Origin: Azolla caroliniana
Lineage: Eukaryota; Plantae; Polypodiophyta
Direction: 5' to 3'
DNA length: 64,000 bases
Assembly: GCA_043228905.1 (NCBI GenBank)
Contig: JBHGNT010000001.1
Span: 30,070,001-30,134,000, forward strand
Of the stretch, positions 1-14,585 are shown one piece after another (within the stretch, counting starts at the first letter, position 1; each line of letters begins with the position of its first letter). Below the pieces are notes generated by a model. That model did no database searches. It worked only from the letters and a program-made list of their open reading frames with translations, and had not been told where the DNA came from. Made by a program: the position numbers and the translations under genes.

Positions 1-28
1 TTCTGCATATTTCTTCAGCTTCCGCCAT
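1..28 (-). CDS. Possible first codons of a gene running off the left edge (MAEAEEICR...)
   Basis: ATG at 28-26 on the minus strand (ctATGGCG), downstream of a pyrimidine-rich, CT-microsatellite leader (~30-280) typical of plant 5' UTRs. Only 9 codons are visible. Confidence 0.3.
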
Positions 29-203
29 AGTCAAGAAGAAACAAGAAAGAAAGCAAAGAGAACAAGAAGTGGAGAAAGAAAGAAAAGAAATTATTTGATC
101 AGGATCTGAGGAAACAGAAATGAACCCATATCGCAAAAAACGCAGTTTAGCATAACCCAAAACATCGAATTTTGTGTGACGATGATGCAGGAAGAGAAAA
201 GGC

Positions 204-276
204 GAGAGAGAGAGCCAGAGACAGAGAGAGACAGAGAGACAGAGACAGAGAGACAGAGAGACAGAGAGAGACAGAG
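204..276. repeat. (GA)n/(GAGACA)n microsatellite
   Basis: Seen directly. It explains the spurious ORFs 91..312 and 176..415. Confidence 0.9.
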
Positions 277-3200
277 GTTTCCTGCGGGAATGAGGAAAGG
301 ACATAAACGCAAATGTTTGCTTTTATTTATGGATATGTATGTCTATGTATATTCTAAATATACATATGTGTATGCTTATACCGTATACGTATGTATACGT
401 GTAGACGGTATGTAGTATGTGTATGTGTATGTGTGTCTATATATAATCATATTTGCCAATCTATTCATATACTATGTGTGTAGACCAACAAGCAACAAGG
501 TTTGACGTACAACCTACACTTTCATTTCATGGAACCTGTACTTTCAAATTTAAAGCATGCAACCGTACGGTAAATGCCACAAATTTCTTATGTAATCCAC
601 CGTTGAAGAATAAAATGTTAACCTTATAAACCTATACAATCTTATGGAAGGATGGCATTTTAAGGCATACGTCATGACATGTTCATTCGTTAAATAACCT
701 TTACGTTGTTGTCAATGATCCAATACTTCTACTCTCCTTACCCTTCCAAGCTTCAAAGTATGCAAGTCCTCATAACCTCTTCTAGATTTCGATCAACACT
801 ATGTTGTTGTGACCAATGATATGATACTTCTCTATATGTTTATGCTCTTTTAAGTTTCCAAGTATATTACATCCACATGACCTCTTCGACTTTTATCTTC
901 ATTGGTGTATTGCCTACCAACCACAAACATCAATCAACTGAACTTTTGAATAAAAAGTTCATCTAGATCTTGTTCATTTCTAATAGAGTTGGTTTTGATA
1001 TTGTCCAAATTTTCATTATCCATTCATCAAGATTACAAAAATATTTTCAAGATGCATACATGTTTTTACCTTTAAAAGCAAATTTTTATATAACATAACA
1101 TCATAATGCATTTCATATTTCTGTATTACATCCTTCCCAATGTGATTGCATAACACTTGTAACCATCTCTCTAGTGTGTGCATCTACTTTGTCCATAACT
1201 TCATCGTGATACTTCAAACAAAAGAGTTTTGTAGCAAAACTATCACATAATGTAGGTATCAAAATGTCTTATGTTTCATTCATAGACTATGGTCTCATCA
1301 CCTTTACTCATTCGACCCAAATGTAAGTGATGTTGGTGTGAAGTACCACTAATATCAACAAAGGCATGAATCCATCCTCAAGTACATTTTTCATGAAAAT
1401 TAGTATGAAATGCATCAATCAATAGCAAATAGCAATTGCATTGCTAGAATGAAAAGTTTTTATTTGAGATGTTCCCTACGGGTAGTAATATTTGGATGTG
1501 CCTCTTGATTCAAACTATTCAAAATGTTAAGCTCTCTAAGCGTATAAGCAAAAGACCATGGTCCATGACATGTATGCATATTTCTGTCTATACCTAAGCC
1601 ACGAACTTGCAGAGGGATCTGAATTATCTTAAATGTACACACAAAGCTGAGGAGTAAAGTTGCTTGCCATTAATATTTATTTCTTATCACAATTGTTAAA
1701 AGACCAACCATAAACACATATATCTATTGATTTATTCAGTGAACTTGAACCAAAACGTTTAAGAAATGAAAATGCTCATGTTTGTGATGTTTGTGTCTGT
1801 GGCTATGCCTATGTCATTATTGTGCAAATGCACGAGGTTCTAAATATATTGAATGTACACATCCATGTCTTAGCTCAAAAGCAACTTTACTCTTGGATTT
1901 TGCAATTCAAAATCAATTACCGACACAAATGTGTGTTTCTTTATCCTATGATCCAAATACTAGGGCATGATTTTTCAAGAACTATTGAACAATGTCCCTT
2001 TGAGATGTTCCCTTTGATCATCATCAAGTTATTTGGGTTCATTGGTTGTTCACCATGGGAGCTTCAACTCTTTTCTACCTTTTTATGTAGGTTTCATAAT
2101 AGGGTCTAATATTGTTGAATGTTCGTAATGAATATAATTTTGGCAATCAACTTCCAATTCCACAATGTTTCACAATGCAATTCCTTTCTAGTTGTCTTGC
2201 CCCCCCCCCCCCCCCCCAAAAAAAAAATATCATTCGTAGAGCCATTTTTATGTCTTGTTTTTTAATGTTTCTAACACGTGGTAAATACTCTTTGTAGGTT
2301 TTCACCTCTCTTTGAGGTTTTCCACCAATCAAACGAAGCATTGCTAAAACAAACCACATGCTTGGTATGTTTTATTAAATGGCCTTGGCCCCTAGTAATC
2401 CTCATAGAAGAAGCATTATACATTATGCTATGTATACTCTAGAGTCTAGATTGATATAAATGTTTATGTTGCATGTATTATATATATATATATATATATA
2501 TATTAAAGTCAAGATTCACCGTGGTAAAGACTACAAAGAATCCATACAATAAATTACAACCCTTCTACCCACGTGAATCAATATGTCTAGTAGCGGAAAC
2601 CCTCATTCATGGTCCTTTCAAGATAGGGGGCGGAAAAAGGCATCTTGGTGGAGCATATCTCCATTTTATTTTGTCCCCAAAATAGGTGAAGACCTCTGCC
2701 TTTTTCCAAATTTCTCGAAATTGTTGTTGCTTGAAAAACACAACATCAAGCTCACCATGTATTGCCTCATATTGACCTCTTAGAGTATGCAAGAGCATCA
2801 ACCATATCTCCTTGCCTAACTCAACCGCATTCGGTTTGACATTCTAAAATACACACTTACATCTTGCCTTCCATAATATCCAAACTATTAAAGAAGATAT
2901 CGTAGACCAAACCTTGTCTTCTTGCGTATATATATATATAAAACATGCATTATACATTACAAAAAGTATATGCGTAAATGCACATTGTAACACAATGCAA
3001 GATTAAAAATGATGCTTCATTTGTGATCAAGGTTTAATATGCTCACGAGTCACAATAACTACTGATATGTCCATTGTGAAAAAAGGATATATTATCATTG
3101 GAAGCATCGAGGAACTCGACCTTCGCAATAGCGAAGAAATATATAACAAATATCTATGTTCAAATGGAATTGTGTTGTCGTGGCACACATCTAGTTCGTG

Positions 3201-3499
3201 AACCCCACACCTCAAACCCAATTGAGAAATCGTGTCATGCAAAAATTGTTTAGAGGAAAGAAGCTAAATTAACATCCATAAATTCCTCCAAATTGGATCC
3301 GTGTGGGCTTGTACTTTGAGCATGGCTTAATTTTGTTCGCTATTAGAGTAAAAAATAGAATTAATGTAGGTCTTTGTGGCATCTTGTGCATGCAATCAAG
3401 CCTATATTGCTTTGTGGTAAGGAAGTTCAAGTTCGGAAAGCATCGGAGTTTGAAACATAGAGTAGGTAAAGGAATTAACCAAAATCTCCTCCTGATTTG

Positions 3500-5420
3500 A
3501 ATCAATATATACTTTGGTATTGTGGCCAGATTGATTTCCAACCGTTGTGACATTTTACACTTCTCAAACACTTTCTCCACTAAACTTTGGACCAAAATAA
3601 TATGTTTTACAATTAATAACCATGTCCTTTTATGTAGCATAGTGTAAGTTAATTTATTAGTATTTAGTTCAACTCCTCAAGGGGTTGCCTTCAATCATGA
3701 CATAGAAAGGGGTACCTAAAAAATCCTCTATCTTTTATGCCAGATTATCTACATTTTTTTATGAATATAAGTTGTATGAGTATCTAATAGCGGTGGGTGA
3801 AAGTTATGTTGAGTAATGACTTTTCAAATGATATTGGTTACTATGACTAAACCAAACATTAACATTGGATATGCTTGATCAGTTATATTTTTGGCCAATT
3901 GGATTGAAACTTCTGCTCTCCCTTTGTTCCCCAAGATCTTTTGGGATTAAGAACTAGTTGGCATAATATTATTATGTTTAAATAAGTCAAAGCTTGATTG
4001 ATTTTATTCATTTCGTGATAGTCTTATTGTTGGCATAATCATGTAAACCAATTGGTCTATGTTTTGACTATTTATACATGATAAGCAAGACCAATACATC
4101 TTTTTCTTGAGAAAGATATTAGATTAGTATTTTTTTATATTTTTTTTTCCAAAAAACATTCCTTCCATTAGTTATAAAATTTTACAAATGAGACGATTAT
4201 GTACAAATCCCTGTAGGGTTGCGATAGTTCCATCTTATGTGGATGCCCACTGACTCAAGAAAGGGAGAGGATGAACATTGTTGGATAAATTCGTTGTCTT
4301 TCAACTCCATTGGGGCCGCCCTTAAGGGCATCATATTGGCTCTTCAGAGTGGCTACAATTTCACTCCATACCTCTTGCAGTAACCTTGTTGGATGTGCGG
4401 TTTGCATGGAGGAGACTCGCCTTCATCGTTGTTTCCATAGAATCCAAAGAGGATATTAGATTAGTATAAAGAAACACCATGAAATTGTACAAGAAATTAT
4501 GTACATACATGTTACTTTGCCATTGTTTTCTAAACCAAGGTTAAGTTCTAGCTATCGACTAAATAAATATTTTGGTGTCGAGCAAAACCACTCTAGCTTA
4601 TCAATAAACCACCTAATGGCATGAAACTCCAAATTTTGTAATTCTACTTGCTTGAAAACCACCTTTTATTTTATCCAAAGAACTTCTTGGAGTATGCACA
4701 ATCTCTATCCAAATTTCGATAATTGTCCAAGTAGGCCTTTCTATTACATTTTGGAGTGCCTTCAAACACCTGGCCATCCTAATATACCAAATCATAATAC
4801 TATTTATCAATTGCCATATTTATTTATTTTTTAAGGAAGCTACACCTTAGTATATTACTTGAAAAGTCTACATAAGAAAAACAGAAGGAGACATTTCATC
4901 TCACTTCTTTTTGTAAGATACAAAAGCTAGTACATCTCATGATACAAATGATGTCATATATGAACAAGTAGAACTATACTTACTATCCACTATCCAACAT
5001 CAGCGAAAGTATTGTGGGGTGTCCTTCATGGAGAGGTTATGAGGTATGAAAGTATGCATGCTTCTCATGTTTTTCATTTTTATTATGGACACCTCTCTCT
5101 CACCTCGTTTCCTTGTTCTATTTCACGGTTAAAAATTAGAAAACTCGTCATTTGGCGTACAATTACGTCATTGGCTCTTTGGATAATATGGAAAGCGAGA
5201 TGTGATTCTGTTTTTAACAATGCCCATATATAGCTCAACACTATGCTTATTGAATTTTGGATGTTGTTTGTTCACACACTTCATGGACAATATGATGATC
5301 TGCAGGGTTCGGATGATGTTTTGTGGCAACGGCAAGTGGCCTTTAAGAACCGATGACAAGGACTCCAATTATTTTCAGAGACAACTACTGGTCCAAAGTG
5401 GAATTATATCAATTGCCATA
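3500..5420 (+). mobile_element. Highly degenerate LINE (non-LTR retrotransposon) ORF2 remnant
   Basis: ORF 5012..5233 contains 'ITSLALWIIWKARCDSVFN', the W-x-I-W-K-x-R-x-x-x-x-F motif that follows zf-RVT in plant LINE ORF2. Faint RQGCP/FADD-like traces lie near 3680-3835. Many stops; boundaries approximate. Confidence 0.5.
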
Positions 5421-5429
5421 TTTAAGTTT

Positions 5430-6100
5430 TACTAGTTGATATTCACAAGTTTGGGGTATATTTGTTTTTGGCGTCAAACCATGCCTCAAAAAATAGTATC
5501 TACAACATCCTCCTTGTCATACAACCTTCGTTGCCCTTGTAACAATGCCCACAATACCACCGCCACCCACGTATACACTAGATAAGGATAACTAGCATTA
5601 ATGGTTTTAAGATTCTTTTCAATATGTCTGTTGTAAAATCACAACTCCACAAACAATACTTAAGCAATCTCCAACGTGCATACAAAAATGACTTCATATG
5701 GTTTGCATTTCTACATTTTCTATGGTCATTAACTAGTGTAGCTCTATTAAACAACCACCATCTAAAACAACCAAATTTCCTACTTATTCTTTTATCCCAC
5801 AACCATTTCCAAAATTGCTCGAGTTGTTGTGGAGAGATTCCATCCTTTCTTCAAAAACACGTACAATCGGTTCCTTCCTCGACCTAGCACATAATAGTTT
5901 CCTTAGAATCTTCACAAAATGCCAGAAAAAGGCAAATTTTCGCCTACTTTTGAAATGATACTTTTCAATGAAGTTCTCCATTATTCCAAGTTAACCTAGA
6001 CACCGGTTTCCTTTCCATAATTCAAAACCTTCACCTAAGACATGACTTATGTGGATCTAAATCTAAGACGAATTAATTCTTCCTAAAGTAAGCCATGACA
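5430..6100 (-). mobile_element. Degenerate LINE 3' fragment (zf-RVT region), convergent with the previous remnant
   Basis: Minus-strand translation 'FWKWLWDKRISRKFGCFRWWLFNRATLV...KYCLWSCDF' resembles the zf-RVT consensus (W..LW....P.K...F.W......LP....C..C....HL...C.F). Confidence 0.5.
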
Positions 6101-6683
6101 AACTAAGGGCATTTAGAGTATCAATATACTATTAGCTTGCTAATGTTTACCCAACCATATCATCAACATGGAAACTTTGGGAATTATTTTGATAGAATAT
6201 ATCTGTGCAAATAATAAATATCGTTTTCTATGGTTATGTTTTGCGATGAAATATAATCCCATAAAATAGACATACAAAATACTCCATCGGCAAAATAGAT
6301 GAGCAATGATACTAACATATACATTGGATGCTAACAAAAAGATGTGATTTTCAATAATAAAGATAATTTCATCAAATGAAAATAAGGTGTTTATAGTGTT
6401 GAAAGGGATAATTTGCAACTTGCATTCAATTCATCACAACATAATGGTGTTAAGAACTAAATTCGCCACAACAAAAACAATGTTGCATGAAGAAAAGCCA
6501 ACTATATTTGCAATGTTTCTGTTGTTTAAATATCAACCTTAGAGTGGGTATTAATAGGAAACTTCATTCCATGACTAAACTATTGTGCGTATCCACATTA
6601 GTTACTAATTCCATTTTTTACTCGTTTATTCCATTTAAAAATTTCGTCTTTTCCTTTCTTAATTTTCAAGCTGCAAAACAAAA

Positions 6684-9631
6684 CTACTTGCATTTGAAGT
6701 GATCTAAAGCATCCAAAAAATATTTGTTTTTGGCTTGAAGATAATCTTTCCATCGCATAGGCTTGTAGATGGGATTAGGGTTCGTGGATTCCATCTCTTC
6801 ATGACAGGGAGCAATGGGAACATTAAGAGGTGGGACACATAAATATACCAATGAAATCCTTGATTTCTCCTTGTTTGCAATAGCCCTATGCAAGATGCTC
6901 TTGTATTTTCCATTGCTCAACACCTGGAACCATGGAAATTCATAAGAAAAGAGTTTTACTTATACAATTTAATTGACCCAGAAGACGATACAACTTTTAA
7001 ATGAACTACTCTCTTAAGACTTGACATTAGAAGTCACTTTACACAACATTCAGATATAAGTGTTATATTTAATCAATATTTTGACAAATTTGAGGGTCCA
7101 TCTTTTAAAATTAAAATAAAATTCTGCAAAATAATAGTGGCATGTTGGGAATGTATAGAAAATTCTAGCCAACTATATGTAGGATGACATATAGCCATTA
7201 GTTTGTCTTTTTGGGTATCAAATGTTTTCTTCGGATAACAAGTGATGTAATAAGAAACTACTTCAAACAAAAAAAAAGGTTACTCCTACAACAAATGAAT
7301 ATCTTAATGTGCATGTGATCTAATTCTTTTGTCTTTTAGTATGTCTCATTCTTTCAATACACATGAGTTTGAGTACACAAGGCATTCCTATGACCTAAGT
7401 ACATGTACATCTATCTCTCTAGGTATGCACATATGCACATATGTGCATATGCTTGTATGATTGTATCAGTATGATTGTAAGAATGTTTGCATGTGTATGT
7501 GTAGGTTTGTATAAAAATGTGACACACATGCACACAACATACCTTCATAGCAACATGTGTGACTTTGACTATAGATACATTAAAGGTACATGGACACACC
7601 AATACGAACATGTATGTGATTATAGACACATGCAAACATTGATAGGAACATTTGCTTGACTAACCTGAAGCATGTCACCCACGTGGATGACAAGGGAATC
7701 TTGAATGGGGAGGATGGGAACCCAAGCACCATGTCTATGGATTTGAAGTCCAGGAACATCCCCTAGCTCCAAGATGCTGAGACATGTAGAGTCAGTATGT
7801 GCGGGGAGCCCGATAGTCATTAGAGGTTGAGGACATGGAGGATAGTGGTTGAGTTGTAATACCCCATTACAATCCCTGTCTGGATCAAATTGTGTGCACT
7901 TGAATTTGGTCATGTTCACTCCAATCCCTTCTATAATGCTACTTAACAATTTCACAGCCAATCCCCTCATCACGAGATCATATTCCTCCAACGCCGCCCT
8001 AAGTGTCAGCATTCAAATGGATACAAAGTTTATTAAATGAATGAATTCTAATATACTTCAACAAATGCTTTATCATTTGAATAAAAAGAAACCTCACTGA
8101 TGTTGAAATGCTATTAAGAATCTTTGTCTAGTTATTATAATTGAATCATGTCCAAGAATATATCTTCACTGAAATATACATCTAAGGAATATTAGTCTTC
8201 ACCCACAATTACAAAATCAAAAGCCTCTAATGTTTATGACATCTATGCATTTATGACTTTAATTCTATCTCCAAAGCCCACATATATAATTTGCCCAAAG
8301 AGCTAATTGTTAAACATACGTGTCTAAAACTACAATATGTCAATCCAAAGAGCTAATTCATATTGAAAATGGAAGTTTGTCAAATGGGTAGATCTCTCCA
8401 TTAAAAAATATTAATGCCACCCATGAAATCTAATTTTTGCCAATTGTGACAAAATCTAAACGAATTTACATGTTCGACAATTTATCTCAGTGTTATAACA
8501 TAATATGATCAATCTATTAAAGAGAGATGTAGCCATGGAGTGATAAATTTTAAATGAATCAAGTAATGAACTTACTGTGCAAGATTTAAAAAGAATTGAG
8601 CAATGAATTTAGTATTGACATTTGAGAATGAATTGAAGAACAAATTTAATTCGATGGATATTATGGACACTATCTATCTAGGACGCGAGCCTTGAAAAAA
8701 GCTAAATACAACAAATTGCTAGTATAACACAACTATTGACATACATTAATAACATAATAATAAGACAAGACCATCAACAAGATAATGTATCTACATAAGA
8801 TAACACAACCATTACTACAACATAACCCTAAGTGTCTTAATCAAGTAATATGTAACATGGCATAAACAAAACACAATAATCCCTAGCCACAAAAATGTTT
8901 AATGTTCATAACATAGCGTAACTAGTAACAACATACCGGATTGATTCGTTATTGGCACCACCGTGGGGGGGACAGAACTTGTCGATAATGTTGGCAATCG
9001 AGCTCTCATTAGGGTGACCACGGACAGTGATTCCTTCACTCCACATTAGGCTCTTGAAGAACTTACCAATGATGGCCTTACCATAGCCTTCAAAAGAGCC
9101 ATCTTCCCTAGTGGCCCTCATCTTGGTCTCAAGAGGAAGAGAGAACAGGTGTGTGGCTTTCTCTCGCACTTCCCTCATTAGAGAAGAAGGCACCCCATGA
9201 TTGATGAGGTAGAAGATCCCCCACTCTTTGCATGCACATGAAAGCTTTGATACCATGGCATTCTCATCATCTGCAAATTCCTTCATTAGCTTGTGAGGGT
9301 GATCATGTTCTCCTCCTCCTCCATCACATTCTCTGATTAATTGTTGGAAATCAATGATGGGTATGTCTGTAAGTTGGGCTAATGGTAAAGGCACATCATC
9401 GTTTGCACTCCCATTTGCACACTTCTTAGTCATCATCATCATCATCATGGGCCCATCATGGCCATGACCCAACACACTCATAGCATGCTCATCCATATTG
9501 TTATGGGTGTTGACACATGATGGCCTCTCATGCTCTGGCCATATGTACTCCTGGGGTATGCTGCTTGAAGGTGAGGATTCATCATCTTCATCTTCATCAG
9601 CACACTGATGGATGAGGTGCATGGATGGCAT
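6684..9631 (-). CDS. GA3ox: Gibberellin 3-oxidase-like 2-oxoglutarate/Fe(II) dioxygenase; complement(join(6684..6923,7665..7998,8937..9631)), ~422 aa
   Basis: Three exons joined in frame by GT-AG introns. DIOX_N motifs (IPIIDF, ACKEWGIFYLINHGVP). GA3ox-typical 'GYG...KFFKSLMWSEGIT' and 'LNHYPPCPQP'. Intact Fe ligands H-T-D...H (LHRA) and the 2OG-binding R-x-S (RIS). Confidence 0.85.
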
Positions 9632-11399
9632 ATTAGATTTTACTCAGGGTTTCATGTAAGTATCGGTGCACAAGGATTAGAAGGGTGATTATAACATAAA
9701 TTTGTATTCATTCAGTCCATCATTCAATGAATAAATAAATAAAACACAATTAGGGCTTTACTAGTATACTTTCACACGCACTCACACATACATATGTTAA
9801 CTTACATGTATATGTGTATATATAGACAATGTCTTTGCCCCTGTTTGTCATTTATTGGATGGAGATGGAATGCCAAAAAAGAAAAAACCTTTTTTTAACT
9901 CAAAAAACAGCATTGGTGAAAGATGAGCACCCCCTACTACCAATGAGGTCTCTTTATTTGAAGATGAGTTTTGGAGCTCCTTCATTAATGGAGGGCTAGC
10001 TGAATTTATGTGTGGTATGTCTCTATGGCCCCAAAGTCTCCTTAGGAGCATGCACGGTCCCTGGACCCCATCATCATTGTACTTGCACAATTGTGTCACC
10101 ACAGAGTTTTGTGATATGGATGTCTTTAATCATATGACACACAAAAAGGACGTCTATCATTTGTCCATTTGCGTGTATGTGTGCGTGTAATGATGTGTGA
10201 AAAGGGCTCAAGGGTCACCTCAATGTGTACGTCATACATCTGAAGCTACAAGTGAAATTATCAACCTTGCACCAAATCTCCCCACATCGGCCACTTGAAA
10301 ACGATATCATGTGAGTTCACATCACTATGGTCTTCACTAATAATGTCCATTGGGCATCACGACAAATACAAATGCTTTAGCACTACCAAAAACAATGTGA
10401 ATGAGCATGTCTATAACATGTATGCAAGTGTTATTTGAGAACACCTTCATGCATAGAACTTCGAAATAAGATTTAGGATTGATTGGTGGAGGAGGAGATA
10501 GAGGGACATACTAAATGGACTATATTTCTAGACAACGGAATAGAGAGAAAAACAGATGAGTGTGCTCATGTGTTTATCATTGTGTGAGTTTTTGTGTATA
10601 CACATGGAATGTGTTTATCATTTGCCTATTCTATGTCAATCTTTGTCATGTACCAAGGTTTACGAATCATTAACCCAAAAGTCTTGTCAAATACTAAAGG
10701 TTAAAACCTCAGCTTGTGAGTAAAAAATACTGATAACAATGCAAGAATCGGTATAAGTCTCCATGACTAACAAAACTTTATTAGTACTTGTTTAACCATT
10801 AAAATAAAAGGACACGATTTAAAAAAGTAACGGAAAGAGAACTTCACCAATTCAGAGGGAAATGTTGCTTAAGCATTTGTGGGGTACAACCTCGCTCCAA
10901 TGACTATGTACCCTCAAAAGCTCCCCGAACATGGATATGTGTGTTTTAATTGTAAAATACCCTCATACCACAAATGGACTACATAACGTGACGGTTCAAA
11001 TTACAATATTCGATTTCTACCTAAAGGCAACATTAGCATAATGCTTATTGTTAATCATTACTTATAGAAGTTAGAACTCTTTTATATGATTATCTTACTA
11101 GAACGCACATTTCCAAAACACAAAATTACAATCCAATAATGCATCATGTAACCTTACTCTACCTAATGCTATAGTTAAGACCTAAAACTGCATCGATATT
11201 ACATATGCTTCACAACAAAATTTGCACGAAATATAATTTACATGCCATGATATAAGAGCATATACTAAAATGTTATTAAATGGTTGCATTTGTTGGAGAG
11301 TTCTTCTTAATCTATGCCAATCAATAAACTCAATCGTCAAATGGTTAAATATCATATTTCCATAGTATAAATAAATAAACAAAGACCACATCACATGAC

Positions 11400-11990
11400 T
11401 TTGTCGACATTCTTGCATGATCTCTAGCAATTCACATGAGTGGAGTAGGTGTACTGATATTAATGTTGTCGACCTTGAACATCCATCCAACCCACATATT
11501 TCCATTTCGTAACCCTCTCCTATCTCTCAAACATCTTGATGGTGTAATGTACCCAAAAACATATTTGGGCAAACCCAAAAACATATTCCAAACATCCATT
11601 TACTATCATTTCTATGTTGATGCCTGTACGTCAATTATTAATAATTCTCTTTTCTTCGCCATTCTAGTCCAATGATAAACAATCTTCTTTGGAAGACTTA
11701 AGTCAACATTTTGATTTCCAATTGGTTTCTTGCACTTTTCGTTTGGTTATAACATTCATGATTTTTAGAATCAAGGAACCTTCCATCACCCTTCATAGCA
11801 ATACACACAGTCCATACCATTCTTCATGATCCACATACTTACATGTTTCACATTCTTTGACCAGAAAATTCTCACCTTGTGCATGCATATCCTAGCCTCA
11901 TTTTGTGTGTCTAAACACTTCCGCAAACGCAAGATATATAGAACTAACAACAAAACTTTAGTACCTTTGAACATGACTCCATCAAATAAA
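11400..11990 (-). mobile_element. Possible very degenerate LINE 3' remnant
   Basis: Weak Cys/Trp-rich fragments (ORFs 11786..11974, 11182..11505) loosely resemble the zf-RVT/C-terminal region. Poorly supported. Confidence 0.25.
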
Positions 11991-13669
11991 CTACTAGAGT
12001 GAAAAATGACCTAAGTATATAGAATGTATCAAGTATACAATGACCTAATCCATCTACAAGTTCATTTGAATCTACATCAAGTTAATGAACAATATTCAAA
12101 GACCATCATATAGTCCTAACATACTGCGCTATCACTAAGATTAATGTCTAGTCCTCACATCATACACTATCACCAAGATTAATATCTAGTCATAGCAAAC
12201 AGGGCTAACGTACTGTACTACTAAAAAGATTACAACATACGTTCATGGCAAACCTTATAAAATCAAAGGTTAACCACGTTGGACTGGCAGAATACCATAG
12301 AAGATGTCTACGTTATCAATAGATTGAAGGTAACTGAAAAGAATAATACAATACTTGAAGAAAAAACAATAAATTCATAAAACCATGAACATTGCTAAAA
12401 ATAACACCAGAACAAAGCAAATAAAAGACAGACATTTATATTGTTGTCTATATGAAACAGCAAGCAAAGCAGGTAAAATCATATCTGGAATTATCATTTT
12501 ACTCCTTGTACATCGGTCACTCTGTTATGCACTACATTAAACATAGAATGCACTCAACTTCAAATACGAAAATCCACAGATTACCTACCCAGTAACAACT
12601 GCTCACAAATATGATTGTGCAAAACAAAAACGTTTTCTCTCATTCAGGACATTACGAATCCAGATTCGTACTTCTGCCTCAGAGAGCCTTTGAGAGTAAC
12701 AGTGCACACCATTAGATAACATCTACCTTTCCTTTTATGGTTATCCTTAAAACATGTAGAATCACTAGCATGAATGAAATAAATATTATCAAATATTCAC
12801 TTCGCAAGTAATGCTAGCAGATAACATCTGTATCAAGCATTTGTTCCATTGAAAGTCACTTTTAAAAATACATTTCTTCTCTGTAATCAATAGCGTAAAA
12901 ATCACTTTTAAAAATCCTAAAATTCACCAAATTGCATTAAATATAAACTTCGTGGTTATCGTCTTTCTAGCCTTGGAAATCAAATATAGATGAATAAGTA
13001 TGCTAAAGATCAAATAGAACAGATAAATCTCATGCCAGCCTAAATTGTTATACACCGCATGCAATAAATCTTCAATAATATGTCGAAATAACCCTAAAGT
13101 ATTAGAAACTCCTTGAATTGAATTCTTCACATACGACTCTGAATTAATCCTAAATTTAGAAACAACAAAAAATCTTTGAGGGCTTACTACACCTTAATAA
13201 TCACAAAGATGCCACATTTAAATGTAAAATTTGTGATCGTCATCAGGGCAGGAATTTGACGGGTGTCATGCCCGTCAAAGGCCATTTTGCCCGTCAAAAA
13301 CATACACCTACTAAAAATGTCCGTCAAGTGACATATAAAGTATAAAATTTTCCTTTTCATGTGAAAGGCCCCTTAAAATTATACATGTCAAATGACATGC
13401 TAAAATTTTATTTTCTATGTCATTATTCATATATATTATATATATATACCACATATTGTCATATAAAATTTAAATATATGTACTATCATATTATCATCTA
13501 TGTAGTATCAAGATTCAATTTGACTATATAGTATGAAGTGTGTAATATACTAAATTCTAATATATATATATATATATTTATAACACGCTTAAAATAATAT
13601 CATATAAATTGTAATGATGAATCCTCAAATCAATTTAAATTTTAAACAATAACCTTGGTGCTTTATTAA

Positions 13670-14460
13670 ATACTCTAAAAAATACTAGAGTGTAGACTAG
13701 TCACTCTAGGTTTGATTTTAAGTTTTCTTAAAGTAAATGTTTTACTAACCTACTTTTTTATACATACTTATTACTTATTACTTAATACTTAATACTTATT
13801 ACTGTGCTTTATTAAAAAATTAGGGTTAGTAATAACTTTTTAGTATAGGAAAAAGGTGAGTACTTACTACTTACTACTTACTGTTAGGTAACAAGTTATT
13901 TTTCAACTTAAAAATGATTGATTTTATGTAGCCTTTTGTGCAGCAGGAATAGAACAAAGAAAGACATCCTTCAACCTTCAACATTTTTTAACTACAGTTT
14001 AAAAATGTAAGTTACCATGATCATCTATCATATTATGTTCATTTAGCAAGTTATTATATTGTTTTTGTATTACCTTAATACCTCTAAAAATAAACTAAAA
14101 GTATTTCATTTCAATAAGGTTTGATTTTAAGTTTTTTTAAACTAAATGTTTTACTAACCTATTGTTTTATACATACTTATTACGTTTTACTATGCTTTAT
14201 TAAAAAATTAGGGTTAATAATAACTTATTAGTATAGGAAAAGGTGAGTACTTACTATTAGGTAGCAAGCTATTGTTCCAATTAAAAATTATTGATTCTAT
14301 GTAGCCTTTTTGTGCAGTGGGAATAGAACAAAAACAGCCTTCAACCTTCAACATTTTTTAACTACATTTTAAAAATGTAAGTTACCATGAATATCTATCA
14401 TATTATGTTCATTTAACAAGTTATTATACAATATTGTTTTTGTATTACCTTAATACCTAA
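13670..14460. repeat. ~400-bp imperfect tandem duplication inside the hAT element
   Basis: Blocks GGTTTGATTTTAAGTTTT...AAATTAGGGTTA...AAAAGGTGAGTACTTACTA...GGAATAGAACAAA...AAAATGTAAGTTACCATGA occur twice (~13710-14075 and ~14118-14455). Confidence 0.85.
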
Positions 14461-14585
14461 ACAATAACTTCAATGTCTCTATTATAGTGAAATGAAATAC
14501 TTTTAGTACATTTTTAGATGTCTATTATTTAAATAATTTCAGGGGGAAAACAAAGAACCAAGCACAACAACATTCTATTAAGACT

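Noticed and set aside
91-415. ORFs 91..312 and 176..415
   Set aside because: Products of GA/GAGACA and TATG microsatellites.
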